NCBI GenBank assembly: GCA_002784065.1
Contig: PFJY01000122.1
Coordinates: forward strand, 8,597-72,596
From: Hydrogenophilales bacterium CG_4_10_14_3_um_filter_58_23
Lineage (GTDB): Bacteria > Pseudomonadota > Gammaproteobacteria > Burkholderiales > Sulfuricellaceae
Reading direction: 5' to 3'
Length of the DNA: 64,000 nt
Within the stretch, counting starts at the first letter, position 1; each line of letters begins with the position of its first letter. A program made the translations under genes and the position numbers. Under the pieces are notes generated by a model. That model was not told the DNA's origin. It saw nothing but the letters and a program-made list of their open reading frames with translations, and ran no database searches. This document shows, one piece after another, positions 36,192 to 45,448 of the stretch.

Positions 36192-37160
36192 GTGTCGCTG
36201 GAAACTATTCGCAATCCCATCGAGTCGGACATGCTAGCCGTGGATGAAGTCATCCGCAAGCGGCTCTACTCCGAAGTCGTGCTGATCCGTAGAATCAGCG
36301 AATACATCATCAACAGCGGCGGCAAGCGCCTGCGCCCCGCGCTGGTGCTGTTGTCGGCGGGCGCGTTCGGCTATTCCGGAGGCTATCATCACGTGCTCGC
36401 CGCAGTGGTCGAATTCATTCATACCGCCACCTTGCTGCATGACGACGTGGTGGACGAATCGAATCTGCGGCGCGGCAACGCCACTGCCAACGCCCTGTTC
36501 GGTAACGCTGCCAGTGTTCTCGTCGGCGACTTCCTCTATTCCCGGGCGTTCCAGATGATGGTCGGGGCAGGCGACATGCGCGTGATGGAAGTTCTGGCCG
36601 ACGCCACCAACATCATTGCCGAGGGTGAAGTGCTGCAACTGTTGAACTGCAATGACGCGGGCATCGACGAGGCGCACTACCTCCAGGTGATTCACTACAA
36701 AACCGCCAAACTGTTCGAAGCCGCCACCCGCCTCGGCGCAATCCTGGGTAATGCTTCCGGGGCCGACGAGGAGGCCATGGCGGTTTATGGGATGCGCATG
36801 GGCACGGCGTTCCAGTTGATCGACGACGTGCTGGATTATTCCGGCGACCATGCCGAAACCGGCAAAAATGTCGGCGATGATCTGGCCGAAGGCAAACCTA
36901 CGCTGCCGCTGATCTACGCGATGAAGAACGGAACCGCGCAGCAGGCGGCCGTGATCCGCCGGGCGATCGAGGAGGGTGGCCTGAACGAACTTGATGCGGT
37001 GATGGCCGCAATCCGCGATACCGGCGCGCTGGATTATGTGAAAAACCAGGCGAAAGCCGAGGCGCAGGCGGCGTGCGCGGCAATTTCGCATCTGCCGCAT
37101 TCTAATTACAAGGAATCTTTGCTACAATTGGCAGACTTTTCGGTAACACGAAGCTACTGA
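36192..37160 (+). CDS. ispB: Octaprenyl diphosphate synthase
   Basis: [37 protein letters not shown]; divergent from rplU. Confidence 0.93.
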   Translation: MSLETIRNPIESDMLAVDEVIRKRLYSEVVLIRRISEYIINSGGKRLRPALVLLSAGAFGYSGGYHHVLAAVVEFIHTATLLHDDVVDESNLRRGNATANALFGNAASVLVGDFLYSRAFQMMVGAGDMRVMEVLADATNIIAEGEVLQLLNCNDAGIDEAHYLQVIHYKTAKLFEAATRLGAILGNASGADEEAMAVYGMRMGTAFQLIDDVLDYSGDHAETGKNVGDDLAEGKPTLPLIYAMKNGTAQQAAVIRRAIEEGGLNELDAVMAAIRDTGALDYVKNQAKAEAQAACAAISHLPHSNYKESLLQLADFSVTRSY

Positions 37161-37179
37161 AAGAAATAAAAACTCAAAA

Positions 37180-37256
37180 CGGGGTGTAGCTCAGCCTGGT
37201 GGAGCGCTGCGTTCGGGACGCAGAGGCCGGAGGTTCGAATCCTCTCACCCCGACCA
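37180..37256 (+). tRNA. tRNA-Pro (anticodon CGG)
   Basis: Cloverleaf CGGGGTG..CACCCCGA-CCA; anticodon arm CTGCG-TTCGGGA-CGCAG; T-arm GGTTCGAATCC. Confidence 0.96.
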
Positions 37257-37304
37257 ATTCAAGTCCGAATTTTGAACCCTGATGCGCTCGTTTACCGGGG
37301 TACG

Positions 37305-37532
37305 ATGATGTTAATCAAACTGATACTTCTTGCTCTGGCTGCATGGGTTGTTTTTCGCCTCGTCAGAAGCTATAGCCGCACGGTCGGGCGGGAGGACGCG
37401 CCAAAAAACGAAACCGGCGAGGACATGGTGCGCTGCGCCCATTGCGGCGTGCATCTGCCGAGGAGCGAAGCCGTTGTCAGCCGTGGCGAATTCTTTTGCA
37501 CCAATGAGCATCGCCAACTCAATCAGAAGTAA
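37305..37532 (+). CDS. PP0621-family small protein
   Basis: N-terminal TM; MVRCAHCGVHLPRSEA..FCTNEH; upstream of pilS. Confidence 0.85.
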   Translation: MMLIKLILLALAAWVVFRLVRSYSRTVGREDAPKNETGEDMVRCAHCGVHLPRSEAVVSRGEFFCTNEHRQLNQK

Positions 37533-37538
37533 TCCTTG

Positions 37539-39140
37539 ATGCTGACAGATTTGCTACAGGTTCGGGCTGCGCCTCAACCTGAGGCATACTGGCGGTCTCT
37601 CCGCTATTTCAATCTTTCTCGACTGACCCTGGCTGGCACGTTTGCCGTCGCCTATACTTTGTTCGGCGTCATCAACACCTTCGGCGCTGATAATCCCTCC
37701 TTGTTCTACGCCACCAGCATTGCTTACGTGTTTTTCGCGGCGCTGATGATCGTGCCGATCGATATTCGATGGCCGCGCTTCAATCTGCTCCTGAGCGCCC
37801 AGGTGAGTGCGGATATTTTTTTTATCGTGCTGCTGATGCATGCCAGCGGGGGTATTCAGAGCGGCCTCGGACTGCTCCTGCTGGGGCCGCTGGTAGCTAC
37901 CGGCATGGTCAGCCATGGCCGCCTGGCGATGTTCCATGCCGCGATGGCGAGCATAGCCCTTTTGCTCGAGCAGACCTATCAGGTATTGGTGCTGGCGGGA
38001 AACACCAAGGATTATCTGCAAACCAGCTTGACCAGCATGGGGTTTTTCGCTATCGCCGGGCTGGCCTTTGTCCTGACCCGGCGCCTGGCTGTGACCGAGA
38101 ATCTAGCGCGGAAGCAGAGCATCGACCTTGCCAACCTGGCCCAGGTCAACCAGCTGGTGATTCAGGATATGCAGGACGGTGTGCTGGTGGTGGACGAGCA
38201 GGGCCGGGTGCGGCAGCGCAACGCCGAGGCGGAGAAATTGCTCGGCACGCCGGCGGCAGTATGGGACAAACTGCGGCTCAACGATTATTTTCCGGCATTG
38301 TCCGGCTGTCTGCAGCGCTGGCGAGCCGATCCGCACAATGACCATTTCGAACTGGTTGCGCCAGCCACCGGCAAACAAGTTCAGGCGCGCTTTACCTTAA
38401 TTGGCGGGGACGAGGTGCTGGGTGCGGTAATTTTTCTGGAGGATTTGAGCCTGATGCAGGCGCAGGCGCAGCAGCACAAGCTGGCTGCACTGGGCAGGCT
38501 GACGGCCAATATCGCACATGAAATCCGCAACCCACTCAGCTCGATCGGCCACGCGACACAGCTATTGCAGGAGGAGCCGGGGCAGGATGCGACCCATGTC
38601 CGGCTGCTGCAGATCGTCCGCGACAACACCCATCGCCTCGACCGGATGGTGCAGGACGTGCTGCAGATCAACCGCAGGGACCGCGCCATGCCGGAAACGC
38701 TCCGTTTGGGAATGACTTTGCGACAGTTCGTGGAACGGTTTTGCCAGACCGAAAAAATTCCGGCCAAGGTTGTTGTTCTGGACGTGGCGGAGGATATGAC
38801 GGTGCGCTTCGACCGGCATCACCTCGACCAAGTGCTGTGGAACCTGTGCCGCAATGCCTGGCGCTATTGTCGCCAGCAGGAAGGTAGCATCCGCCTACGT
38901 GCGGCGTTTGCCTCGCCCGGGAATGTTGTACAATTGGACGTGGCCGATGACGGGCCCGGGGTTGCCAAAGCGTTGCGCACCCAGCTGTTCGAACCATTCT
39001 TTACCACCGACAGCACCGGCACCGGTTTGGGGCTTTATATTGCCCGCGAACTGTGCGAAGCTAACGGGGCCACGCTCGATTACATTGCAGCCCCGCAAGG
39101 CGGACAATTCAGGATAAGCTCTGAAAAGGAGATGTGTTGA
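37539..39140 (+). CDS. pilS: Sensor histidine kinase PilS
   Basis: Six-TM N-terminus with SGGIQSGL; AHEIRNPL H-box; NLCRNA, DDGPG, GTGLGLY. Confidence 0.88.
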   Translation: MLTDLLQVRAAPQPEAYWRSLRYFNLSRLTLAGTFAVAYTLFGVINTFGADNPSLFYATSIAYVFFAALMIVPIDIRWPRFNLLLSAQVSADIFFIVLLMHASGGIQSGLGLLLLGPLVATGMVSHGRLAMFHAAMASIALLLEQTYQVLVLAGNTKDYLQTSLTSMGFFAIAGLAFVLTRRLAVTENLARKQSIDLANLAQVNQLVIQDMQDGVLVVDEQGRVRQRNAEAEKLLGTPAAVWDKLRLNDYFPALSGCLQRWRADPHNDHFELVAPATGKQVQARFTLIGGDEVLGAVIFLEDLSLMQAQAQQHKLAALGRLTANIAHEIRNPLSSIGHATQLLQEEPGQDATHVRLLQIVRDNTHRLDRMVQDVLQINRRDRAMPETLRLGMTLRQFVERFCQTEKIPAKVVVLDVAEDMTVRFDRHHLDQVLWNLCRNAWRYCRQQEGSIRLRAAFASPGNVVQLDVADDGPGVAKALRTQLFEPFFTTDSTGTGLGLYIARELCEANGATLDYIAAPQGGQFRISSEKEMC

Positions 39141-40516
39141 ACCGGACACCGCAAGTTTCCCGGGATAATGAAGAACAACCGCGCCGTGTGTTGGTCGTGG
39201 ACGACGAAGCTGATATTCGCGAGCTGCTGGTACTGACGCTGCAGCGCATGGGCCTGGAGGTCGATGCGGCGGCCAGCACGTTCGAGGCGGAGCAATACCT
39301 GCACAAGAATTACTATAATCTTTGCCTCACCGACATGCGTTTGCCAGACGGGGATGGCCTCGGTTTTCTGGAATATGTGACCAAGAATTATCCCGGCAAA
39401 CCGGTGGCGGTGATCACTGCCTATGCCAGTGCGGAAAATGCTGTCGCAGCGCTCAAGGCGGGCGCATTCGATTATCTTTCCAAGCCGGTATCGTTGGCCC
39501 AGCTCCGCGCATTGGTTAACTCCGCGCTCAAATTACCTAGTCCCAGTCAGTCAAGAAAAATAGAAGAAGGTCAGGCCGCAGCCAGCCAGCCAGCGTTGCT
39601 TGGCAATTCGCTGCTAATGCAGCAAACCCGCCAGATGATAGCGAAGCTGGCGCGCAGCCAAGCGCCGGTCCATATCACTGGGGAATCGGGCAGCGGCAAG
39701 GAGATGGCGGCGCGGTTGACCCATCTCAACAGCCCGCGCGGCGATGGCCCGTTTGTCGCTGTCAACTGCGGGGCGATTCCAGAAAACCTGATGGAAAGCG
39801 AGTTCTTCGGCTACAAGAAAGGCGCTTTCACCGGCGCAACCCAAGACAAGGACGGCTTTTTCCAGGCGGCCAGCGGCGGCACCCTGTTCCTCGACGAAGT
39901 GGCGGACCTGCCCCTGCCGATGCAGGTGAAACTGCTACGCGTCATCCAGGAAAAAATGGTGCGCAAGGTGGGTTCCACTCAGGAGGAGCCTGTGGATGTG
40001 CGCATCATCAGCGCCACTCACCAGGATCTCGGACAATGCGTGGAGAGCGGGAAATTTCGCCAAGACCTTTTTTACCGGCTCAACGTGATCGTGTTGAAGA
40101 TGCCGGCTCTGCGCGAGATGCCTGACGATATCCCGCTGCTGGCCGGGGAGATACTCAAGAAAGTGGCGAGTCTGAATGCGGAGCCACCGAAATTGAGTCT
40201 GACGGCGTTGAAGGAACTGCGGGAATACGATTTCCCCGGCAATGTACGCGAGCTGGAAAACATCCTCGAGCGGGCGATGGCACTGACTACGGGTGGCGAG
40301 ATAGGTCGCGAGGATTTGCAGCTCGCGGCGAAGCAACCGAAGGACGTGGCTCAGATGAAAAGCTTGCCGTTACAGGAATACCTCGATGCCATGGAAAAAG
40401 AGGCGATTCTGGAAGCGCTGGAAAAAACCCATTTCAACAAGACCGCGGCAGCCAAGCTGCTCGGCATCACCTTTCGGGCATTGCGTTATCGCCTGGAGCG
40501 GCTAGGGATGGACTAG
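39134..40516 (+). CDS. pilR: Sigma54-dependent response regulator PilR
   Basis: REC domain; GESGSGKE, GAFTGA, FRQDLFYRLNV; Fis HTH AAKLLGITFRALRYRL. Confidence 0.9.
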   Translation: MLNRTPQVSRDNEEQPRRVLVVDDEADIRELLVLTLQRMGLEVDAAASTFEAEQYLHKNYYNLCLTDMRLPDGDGLGFLEYVTKNYPGKPVAVITAYASAENAVAALKAGAFDYLSKPVSLAQLRALVNSALKLPSPSQSRKIEEGQAAASQPALLGNSLLMQQTRQMIAKLARSQAPVHITGESGSGKEMAARLTHLNSPRGDGPFVAVNCGAIPENLMESEFFGYKKGAFTGATQDKDGFFQAASGGTLFLDEVADLPLPMQVKLLRVIQEKMVRKVGSTQEEPVDVRIISATHQDLGQCVESGKFRQDLFYRLNVIVLKMPALREMPDDIPLLAGEILKKVASLNAEPPKLSLTALKELREYDFPGNVRELENILERAMALTTGGEIGREDLQLAAKQPKDVAQMKSLPLQEYLDAMEKEAILEALEKTHFNKTAAAKLLGITFRALRYRLERLGMD

Positions 40517-40520
40517 CCTG

Positions 40521-40661
40521 GTAGGGTGGGCACGTCTTTGTGCCCACGCGGAAATAATTCCCTCTCCTCAATCCTCTCCCGCAAGCGGGAGAGGAGGCAA
40601 ATGAAAAAGGCGCTTGTTTTGATTGGCTGACCGCGTGGGCACAAAGACGTGCCCACCCTAC
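40521..40661. repeat. Composite REPIN (GTAGGGTGGGCAC family); its TAG is the glgP stop codon
   Basis: Arms at 40521 and ending 40661; internal CTCTCCCGCAAGCGGGAGAG; CTA at 40658-40660 terminates glgP. Confidence 0.9.
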
Positions 40662-43147
40662 GCCTCGGCACTCGGCACTGCCTTAACCCCCCAGATTTTC
40701 TCCGCATATTCCCTGATGGTGCGGTCGCTGGAAAACTTGCCCATGCCAGCCACATTGAGGATGGCCTTGCGTGCCCACTCTCCCGAGTTGCGGTAGAGCG
40801 CATCAACTTTTTCCTGGCAAGCAATGTAAGCGGAGTAATCAGCGAGCAGCAGGTAATGGTCGCCGTCGTCAGTCAACGCGTTGATGATCGGGAGGAAGCG
40901 ACCGGGGTCACCCGGCGAAAAAAAGCCTGAGCCGATCATTCCCAGCACCTGCCTGAGTTCCTCGTTGCCATGGTAATAATCCCAGGGGTTGTAGCCCTTG
41001 CCTTGCAGATCGGCGACTTCCGCCGCATTCAGCCCGAATATAAAGATATTGTCCGCACCGACTTCATCGCGAATTTCGACATTCGCCCCGTCCAGCGTGC
41101 CTATCGTCAGTGCACCGTTAAGGGCAAGCTTCATGTTGCCTGTCCCCGATGCTTCTGTGCCTGCGGTGGAAATCTGTTCGGACAGGTCCGCAGCAGGAAT
41201 GATTTCCGAGGCGGTGGTGACATCGTAATTGGGTATGTACGCCACCTTAAGCTGGTTTCCTATGGCAGGGTCGTGGTTGACGATGTCCGCCACGTCATTG
41301 ATCAGTTTGATGATCAACTTGGCCTGCGTATAGCCAGGCGCCGCCTTGCCGCTGAAGATCACGGTACGGGGCACACGATCCGCCCCCGGATTGGCGCGGA
41401 TGCGGTTGTACAGCGTGACTACATGGAGCAGGTTGAGCAGTTGACGCTTGTATTCGTGAATGCGCTTGATCTGCACGTCGAACAGGGAAACCGGGTTGAC
41501 CGTGATGCCCAGTTTGCTCTCGATGATCCGCGCAAGATTTTCCTTGTTCGCCTGCTTCACGGCGCGGAATTTCTCCTGGAAGGCCTGGTCGGCGGCGAAT
41601 TTATCGAGTTGGCCGAGCTGATCCAGGTTGGTAACCCAGTCGCCTCCGATGTGCTCCGTAATCAGTCCGGCAAGGCCGGGGTTGATCTGATTGAGCCAGC
41701 GCCGTGGCGTGATGCCGTTGGTGATGTTGATGATTTTGCTCGGGTAGAAGCGGTCGAAGTCCCGGAAGATGGTCTGACGCATCAGCTTGGTATGAATTTG
41801 CGCCACGCCGTTGACCTGGTGGCTGCCGACGATGGCCAGATGGGCCATGCGGATACGCCGTCCGTTGCTCTCGTCAATGATCGAAATGCGCTTCAATAAC
41901 TCGGTATCGCCGGGATTTTGGTGTCTGACTTCATTCAGGAAGCGGTGGTTGATTTCGTAGATGATTTGCAGATGGCGCGGCAGGATCGTCTCGAACAGGC
42001 TTACTGGCCAAGTTTCCAAGGCTTCCGGCATGAGCGTGTGGTTGGTGTAGGAGAAGGTGCGGGCGGTAATGGACCAGGCGCGATCCCAGTCAAGGTGGTG
42101 GATATCCATCAGGATGCGCATCAATTCCGGAATTGCGATCGATGGATGGGTGTCGTTGAGCTGCATCGCTACCTTGTCGGGCAGTTCGTCGAGGTTTTTG
42201 TGAAACTTGTTGAAGCGGTAGAGCATGTCCTGCAACGAGGCGCTGACGAAGAAATACTGCTGCTTCAGTCTTAATTCGCGGCCCATTGCCGTGGTGTCGT
42301 CGGGGTAGAGCACCTTGGACAGGTTTTCCGATTCATTCTTGTTCTCTACTGCCTTGATGTAGTTGCCCTCGTTGAAGTATTTTAGATCAAAGTCGCGCGA
42401 CGATTTGGCCGCCCACAAGCGCATGTTGTTCACCGACTTGCCCCCGTAGCCCGGAACTGGCGTGTCGTAGGCCATCGCCATGACATCCTCGGTCTCCACC
42501 CAGTGGTGGTGTGGGCTGCCATCCTCTCCGACGTATTCCACCACATGGCCGTGAAATTTGACCGGGTACAGCACTTCCGGGCGAGGGAATTCCCAGGGAT
42601 TGCCATAGCGTAGCCAGCTGTCGGGGTGCTCCACCTGCCAGCCGTTTTCAATCCGCTGGTTGAACATGCCATACTCGTAGCGGATGCCATAGCCGTAGCT
42701 CGGCAGTCCGAGTGTCGCCATGGAGTCCATGAAGCAGGCGGCCAGACGCCCCAGTCCCCCATTGCCGAGAGCGGCGTCGGGTTCAGACGAACTTGCCTGC
42801 TCCATATCCATGCATTCCTTTTCTGCGGCATCGCAACACTCGTCGTAACAGCCCATGTTGAGCAGACTGTTGGACAACGAGCGTCCGATCAGGAATTCCA
42901 TCGACAGGTAGTAAATTCGCTTGGCGTCGGCACGGTAATAGCGCCGCATGGTTTCCATCCAGCGCCCGGTAAGACGATCTCGTGCGGTGTGCGCAAGCGC
43001 AAAGAACCAGTCGCGGGGAGTGGCAGTGAAATGGTCTTTGCCGACGGAATAGGTCAGGTGGCTAGAGACTGCATCGCAGAATTTACCGGCATCTTCGCGC
43101 CGTGACGATGGCTTGGATTGGACTGCTTTTGTTGGCTTTCTGACCAT
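40658..43147 (-). CDS. glgP: Glycogen/starch phosphorylase
   Basis: LGNGGLGRLAAC, QLNDTHP, KRIHEYKRQLLN, PLP site EASGTGNMK. Confidence 0.96.
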   Translation of the reverse strand: MVRKPTKAVQSKPSSRREDAGKFCDAVSSHLTYSVGKDHFTATPRDWFFALAHTARDRLTGRWMETMRRYYRADAKRIYYLSMEFLIGRSLSNSLLNMGCYDECCDAAEKECMDMEQASSSEPDAALGNGGLGRLAACFMDSMATLGLPSYGYGIRYEYGMFNQRIENGWQVEHPDSWLRYGNPWEFPRPEVLYPVKFHGHVVEYVGEDGSPHHHWVETEDVMAMAYDTPVPGYGGKSVNNMRLWAAKSSRDFDLKYFNEGNYIKAVENKNESENLSKVLYPDDTTAMGRELRLKQQYFFVSASLQDMLYRFNKFHKNLDELPDKVAMQLNDTHPSIAIPELMRILMDIHHLDWDRAWSITARTFSYTNHTLMPEALETWPVSLFETILPRHLQIIYEINHRFLNEVRHQNPGDTELLKRISIIDESNGRRIRMAHLAIVGSHQVNGVAQIHTKLMRQTIFRDFDRFYPSKIINITNGITPRRWLNQINPGLAGLITEHIGGDWVTNLDQLGQLDKFAADQAFQEKFRAVKQANKENLARIIESKLGITVNPVSLFDVQIKRIHEYKRQLLNLLHVVTLYNRIRANPGADRVPRTVIFSGKAAPGYTQAKLIIKLINDVADIVNHDPAIGNQLKVAYIPNYDVTTASEIIPAADLSEQISTAGTEASGTGNMKLALNGALTIGTLDGANVEIRDEVGADNIFIFGLNAAEVADLQGKGYNPWDYYHGNEELRQVLGMIGSGFFSPGDPGRFLPIINALTDDGDHYLLLADYSAYIACQEKVDALYRNSGEWARKAILNVAGMGKFSSDRTIREYAEKIWGVKAVPSAEA

Positions 43148-43191
43148 AGTGGGTTCTCCCTTTCTAATCTATGCACACAAATTATTTCAAG

Positions 43192-43224
43192 CCGTTCGTG
43201 CCGAGCTTTTCGAAGCATGAATGG
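43192..43224. repeat. Palindromic intergenic element upstream of glgP
   Basis: CCGTTCGTGC-CGAGCTTTTCGAA-GCATGAATGG, stem with G-U pairs. Confidence 0.5.
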
Positions 43225-43238
43225 TTTGATTCAGTAAG

Positions 43239-43376
43239 GTAAACCCCGCTTGCCGGGGACTCACCAAGGTTTTACCCATATGGCGGCCATGGTAATTCTG
43301 AAGTCTCGTTCAAGAGATGGGGAATCGCAACGCAATGAAAGAGTATCAGAGTTTGAGTCACACCAGCAGATATTGA
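43239..43376 (+). mobile_element. Remnant left end of an IS200/IS605-family element
   Basis: Hairpin CCCCG-CTTGC-CGGGG (43244-43258); ATG 43335 reads MKEYQSLSHT, resembling an IS200 TnpA N-terminus, then stops at 43376. Confidence 0.6.
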
Positions 43377-43435
43377 GCATGACCGCCTTCACTTCCGTTC
43401 GCCTCAGGGTAGCGGAAAAAACAGGATGACCCCTT

Positions 43436-43473
43436 TTGTCATTTTGGCAAACGAGATTGTCAATTTGGCAAAC
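43436..43473 (+). promoter_or_regulatory. Tandem upstream activator sites for a sigma54 enhancer-binding protein
   Basis: TTGTCATTTTGGCAAAC (43436) and TTGTCAATTTGGCAAAC (43457): 21-bp period, each a quasi-palindrome TTGTCA-N3-TGGCAA. Confidence 0.7.
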
Positions 43474-43546
43474 CTTCCCCGCATGTTTTCTCCCGCATTT
43501 AGAAAAATTATTTTTGTAATCAAATTGATAAGTAATATTCATGGCC

Positions 43547-43562
43547 TGGCACGATGATTGCT
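43547..43562 (+). promoter_or_regulatory. Sigma54 (-24/-12) promoter
   Basis: TGGCACGATGATTGCT is an exact TGGCAC-N5-TTGC match; AT-rich IHF-like tract at ~43501-43540. Confidence 0.88.
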
Positions 43563-43608
43563 ATATGTATTGGCAACGGAAAAATACGCAAGCTAATGAA
43601 GGGCCGCC

Positions 43609-43938
43609 ATGAATTACCCAGCCAAAAGGAACACCGTGAAATATTCAGCCCTATGCGCAGCCTGGTTGCTCGTGTCGCAGGCGGCGTGGGCGGATGCCTA
43701 TCCGGTTGCCGGTTTGCAGCCGGATCGTCGCCCGGTTGGAGCTCCCGTTATCCATGCGGCGAGTGGGGGTGATGAAATGGGGCAGCGCCTGTTGCACGGC
43801 ATCAAGCCGCCGATACCCGAGAGCATACAACGCTGGGCCAAGGATCAGGGCGGCTGGTTTAACCCGTTTGTCTATCCGGGTATGACGGGGCGATACGATC
43901 TACGCGGTTGGCACGAGAATTTGCGTTCCGGCTCATGA
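43609..43938 (+). CDS. Small exported hypothetical protein, first gene of the sigma54 operon
   Basis: Signal-like ..LLVSQAAWA-DAYP; Pro/Gly/Trp-rich mature part (YPVAGLQPDRRP..DQGGWFNPF..PGMTGRYDLRGWH). Confidence 0.7.
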   Translation: MNYPAKRNTVKYSALCAAWLLVSQAAWADAYPVAGLQPDRRPVGAPVIHAASGGDEMGQRLLHGIKPPIPESIQRWAKDQGGWFNPFVYPGMTGRYDLRGWHENLRSGS

Positions 43939-44113
43939 CCCGGCAAGCGAGGTCGTGCGGATGTTTGTGGAATTTCATGAAGTTGTGCGGAGCGGGCGGT
44001 GCCCGCTCCGTCTTGGAACTGTTAACCGGAGAAGAGAAATTCTCCGGGTTCAGTGCGATGCAAAGCAGCGCATCGTTGGTTGTCTGCCTAGTGTTTATTT
44101 TAAGGAGAAATTT

Positions 44114-44551
44114 ATGATGAAGAAAATTAAAGTTGTTGGTATCACTGCCCTGATGGTAGCCCTATTTTCCGCCGGTAGCGTAATCGCCGCCGATCAGAAA
44201 GGCATGTCCGGCATGGAAGGACAGAAGGGCATGAGTGGCATGTCCGGCATGGAAGGACAGAAAGGCATGAGTGGCATGTCCGGCATGGAAGGACAGAAAG
44301 GTATGTCTGGCATGTCTGGTATGCAGGGACAAAAAGGCATGTCCGGTATGGAAGGCATGTCCGGCATGGAAGGACAGAAAGCCAAGAAGCACAAAAAAGC
44401 CAAGAAGTCTGACCAGCAAGGCATGAGCGGCATGAGCGGCATGAGCGGCATGGAAGGGCAGAAGGGCATGAGCGGTATGTCCGGCATGGAAGGGCAGAAA
44501 GGTATGTCTGGTATGTCCGGCATGTCCGGCATGGAAGGCAAGAAGAAATAA
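44114..44551 (+). CDS. Secreted methionine-rich Gly-X-Y repeat protein (145 aa)
   Basis: AAGGAG RBS at 44102; Sec signal MMKKIKVVG..SVIA; GMS/GME/GQK triplets in blocks of 20 and 14; synonymous codon variation among repeats. Confidence 0.88.
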   Translation: MMKKIKVVGITALMVALFSAGSVIAADQKGMSGMEGQKGMSGMSGMEGQKGMSGMSGMEGQKGMSGMSGMQGQKGMSGMEGMSGMEGQKAKKHKKAKKSDQQGMSGMSGMSGMEGQKGMSGMSGMEGQKGMSGMSGMSGMEGKKK

Positions 44552-44567
44552 ACGCTCGAAGCGTTTT

Positions 44568-44599
44568 CCCCCGGCGGATGCCTCCCCGCCGGGGGTTTT
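44568..44599 (+). terminator. GC-rich hairpin plus T4 after the Met-rich gene (partial terminator or mRNA stabiliser)
   Basis: CCCCCGGCGG-N8-CCGCCGGGGG-TTTT. Confidence 0.65.
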
Positions 44600-44625
44600 A
44601 CAGGATCGTCATCAGGATCAAAAAA

Positions 44626-45438
44626 ATGCGATTTACGACTTTAGTTTTACTGGCCATGGCATTCCATGGTTGGGCCGTGGCGGGAACAGCCAATGCGCCC
44701 GAAGATTCCGGGGCGACGCTACCCGACTACCAGCGCGCCAGATACAGCGAATTGCACTTCAAGCCTGCCATCGACAAGGCGAGCGACGAGCAATGTCTGG
44801 CCTGTCATGCCGAGGTTCTCAAGCCCAGCGTGCGCGAGCAATCGCCAGCCGGCGTAAAGGCCGCCGATACCAGGGCATGGTACCAGCAACTGGCCACCTA
44901 CGAAGGTTCGCAGGAGACCTTCCACCGCCGCCACCTGGTGACACCGCTGGCCAAACAATTGATGAACATGCGCTGTAATACCTGCCATCAGGGTAACGAG
45001 CCGCGTGACGAAGCACCCGGGACTTCCGCTACCAGCCAGATCGGCGGCTACACCCTGCGCAAGCATGTGGACACGGAAGCCATCTGTCTCAAATGTCATG
45101 GCCAGATGAACTGGCCGGTGATGGGCCTGCCCGAGCCGTGGCCCAAATCGAAAACGTTGTTTCAGGGCAATTGCCTGCTCTGCCACCAAGGCATTCGCAC
45201 CCACCGCCACCAAGTGAGCTACCTTAACTCCGCCGCCATCGAACAGGCGGGAACCCAGAGTGCGGATGCCTGTTACGGCTGCCATGGCGGACGTGCCTGG
45301 TATCGCATCAACTACCCCTATCCGCGCCATGTCTGGACAGGAATGGCGGAAGGCACGCCGGACTGGGCCAAGGGACGAATGACGGAATCCGAGTCGCGCT
45401 TCATCATTGATGCGACCGATCACGCAGGCAAAAAATAA
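44626..45438 (+). CDS. Periplasmic pentaheme cytochrome c
   Basis: Signal peptide; five CxxCH motifs: CLACH, CNTCH, CLKCH, CLLCH, CYGCH. Confidence 0.88.
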   Translation: MRFTTLVLLAMAFHGWAVAGTANAPEDSGATLPDYQRARYSELHFKPAIDKASDEQCLACHAEVLKPSVREQSPAGVKAADTRAWYQQLATYEGSQETFHRRHLVTPLAKQLMNMRCNTCHQGNEPRDEAPGTSATSQIGGYTLRKHVDTEAICLKCHGQMNWPVMGLPEPWPKSKTLFQGNCLLCHQGIRTHRHQVSYLNSAAIEQAGTQSADACYGCHGGRAWYRINYPYPRHVWTGMAEGTPDWAKGRMTESESRFIIDATDHAGKK

Positions 45439-45448
45439 AGGGAACAGC

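Noticed and set aside
37180-37300. tRNA-Pro as an island integration site
   Set aside because: No integrase or duplicated tRNA 3' end seen; downstream genes are ordinary pilSR
44194-44541. Antisense repeat ORF (MPDMPLMPFCPS)n
   Set aside because: Mirror of the Met-rich gene; the plus strand has the RBS, signal peptide and operon context
44190-44545. Repeats as a possible CRISPR array
   Set aside because: In-frame 9-nt-unit coding repeats with no unique spacers; no cas genes in the window
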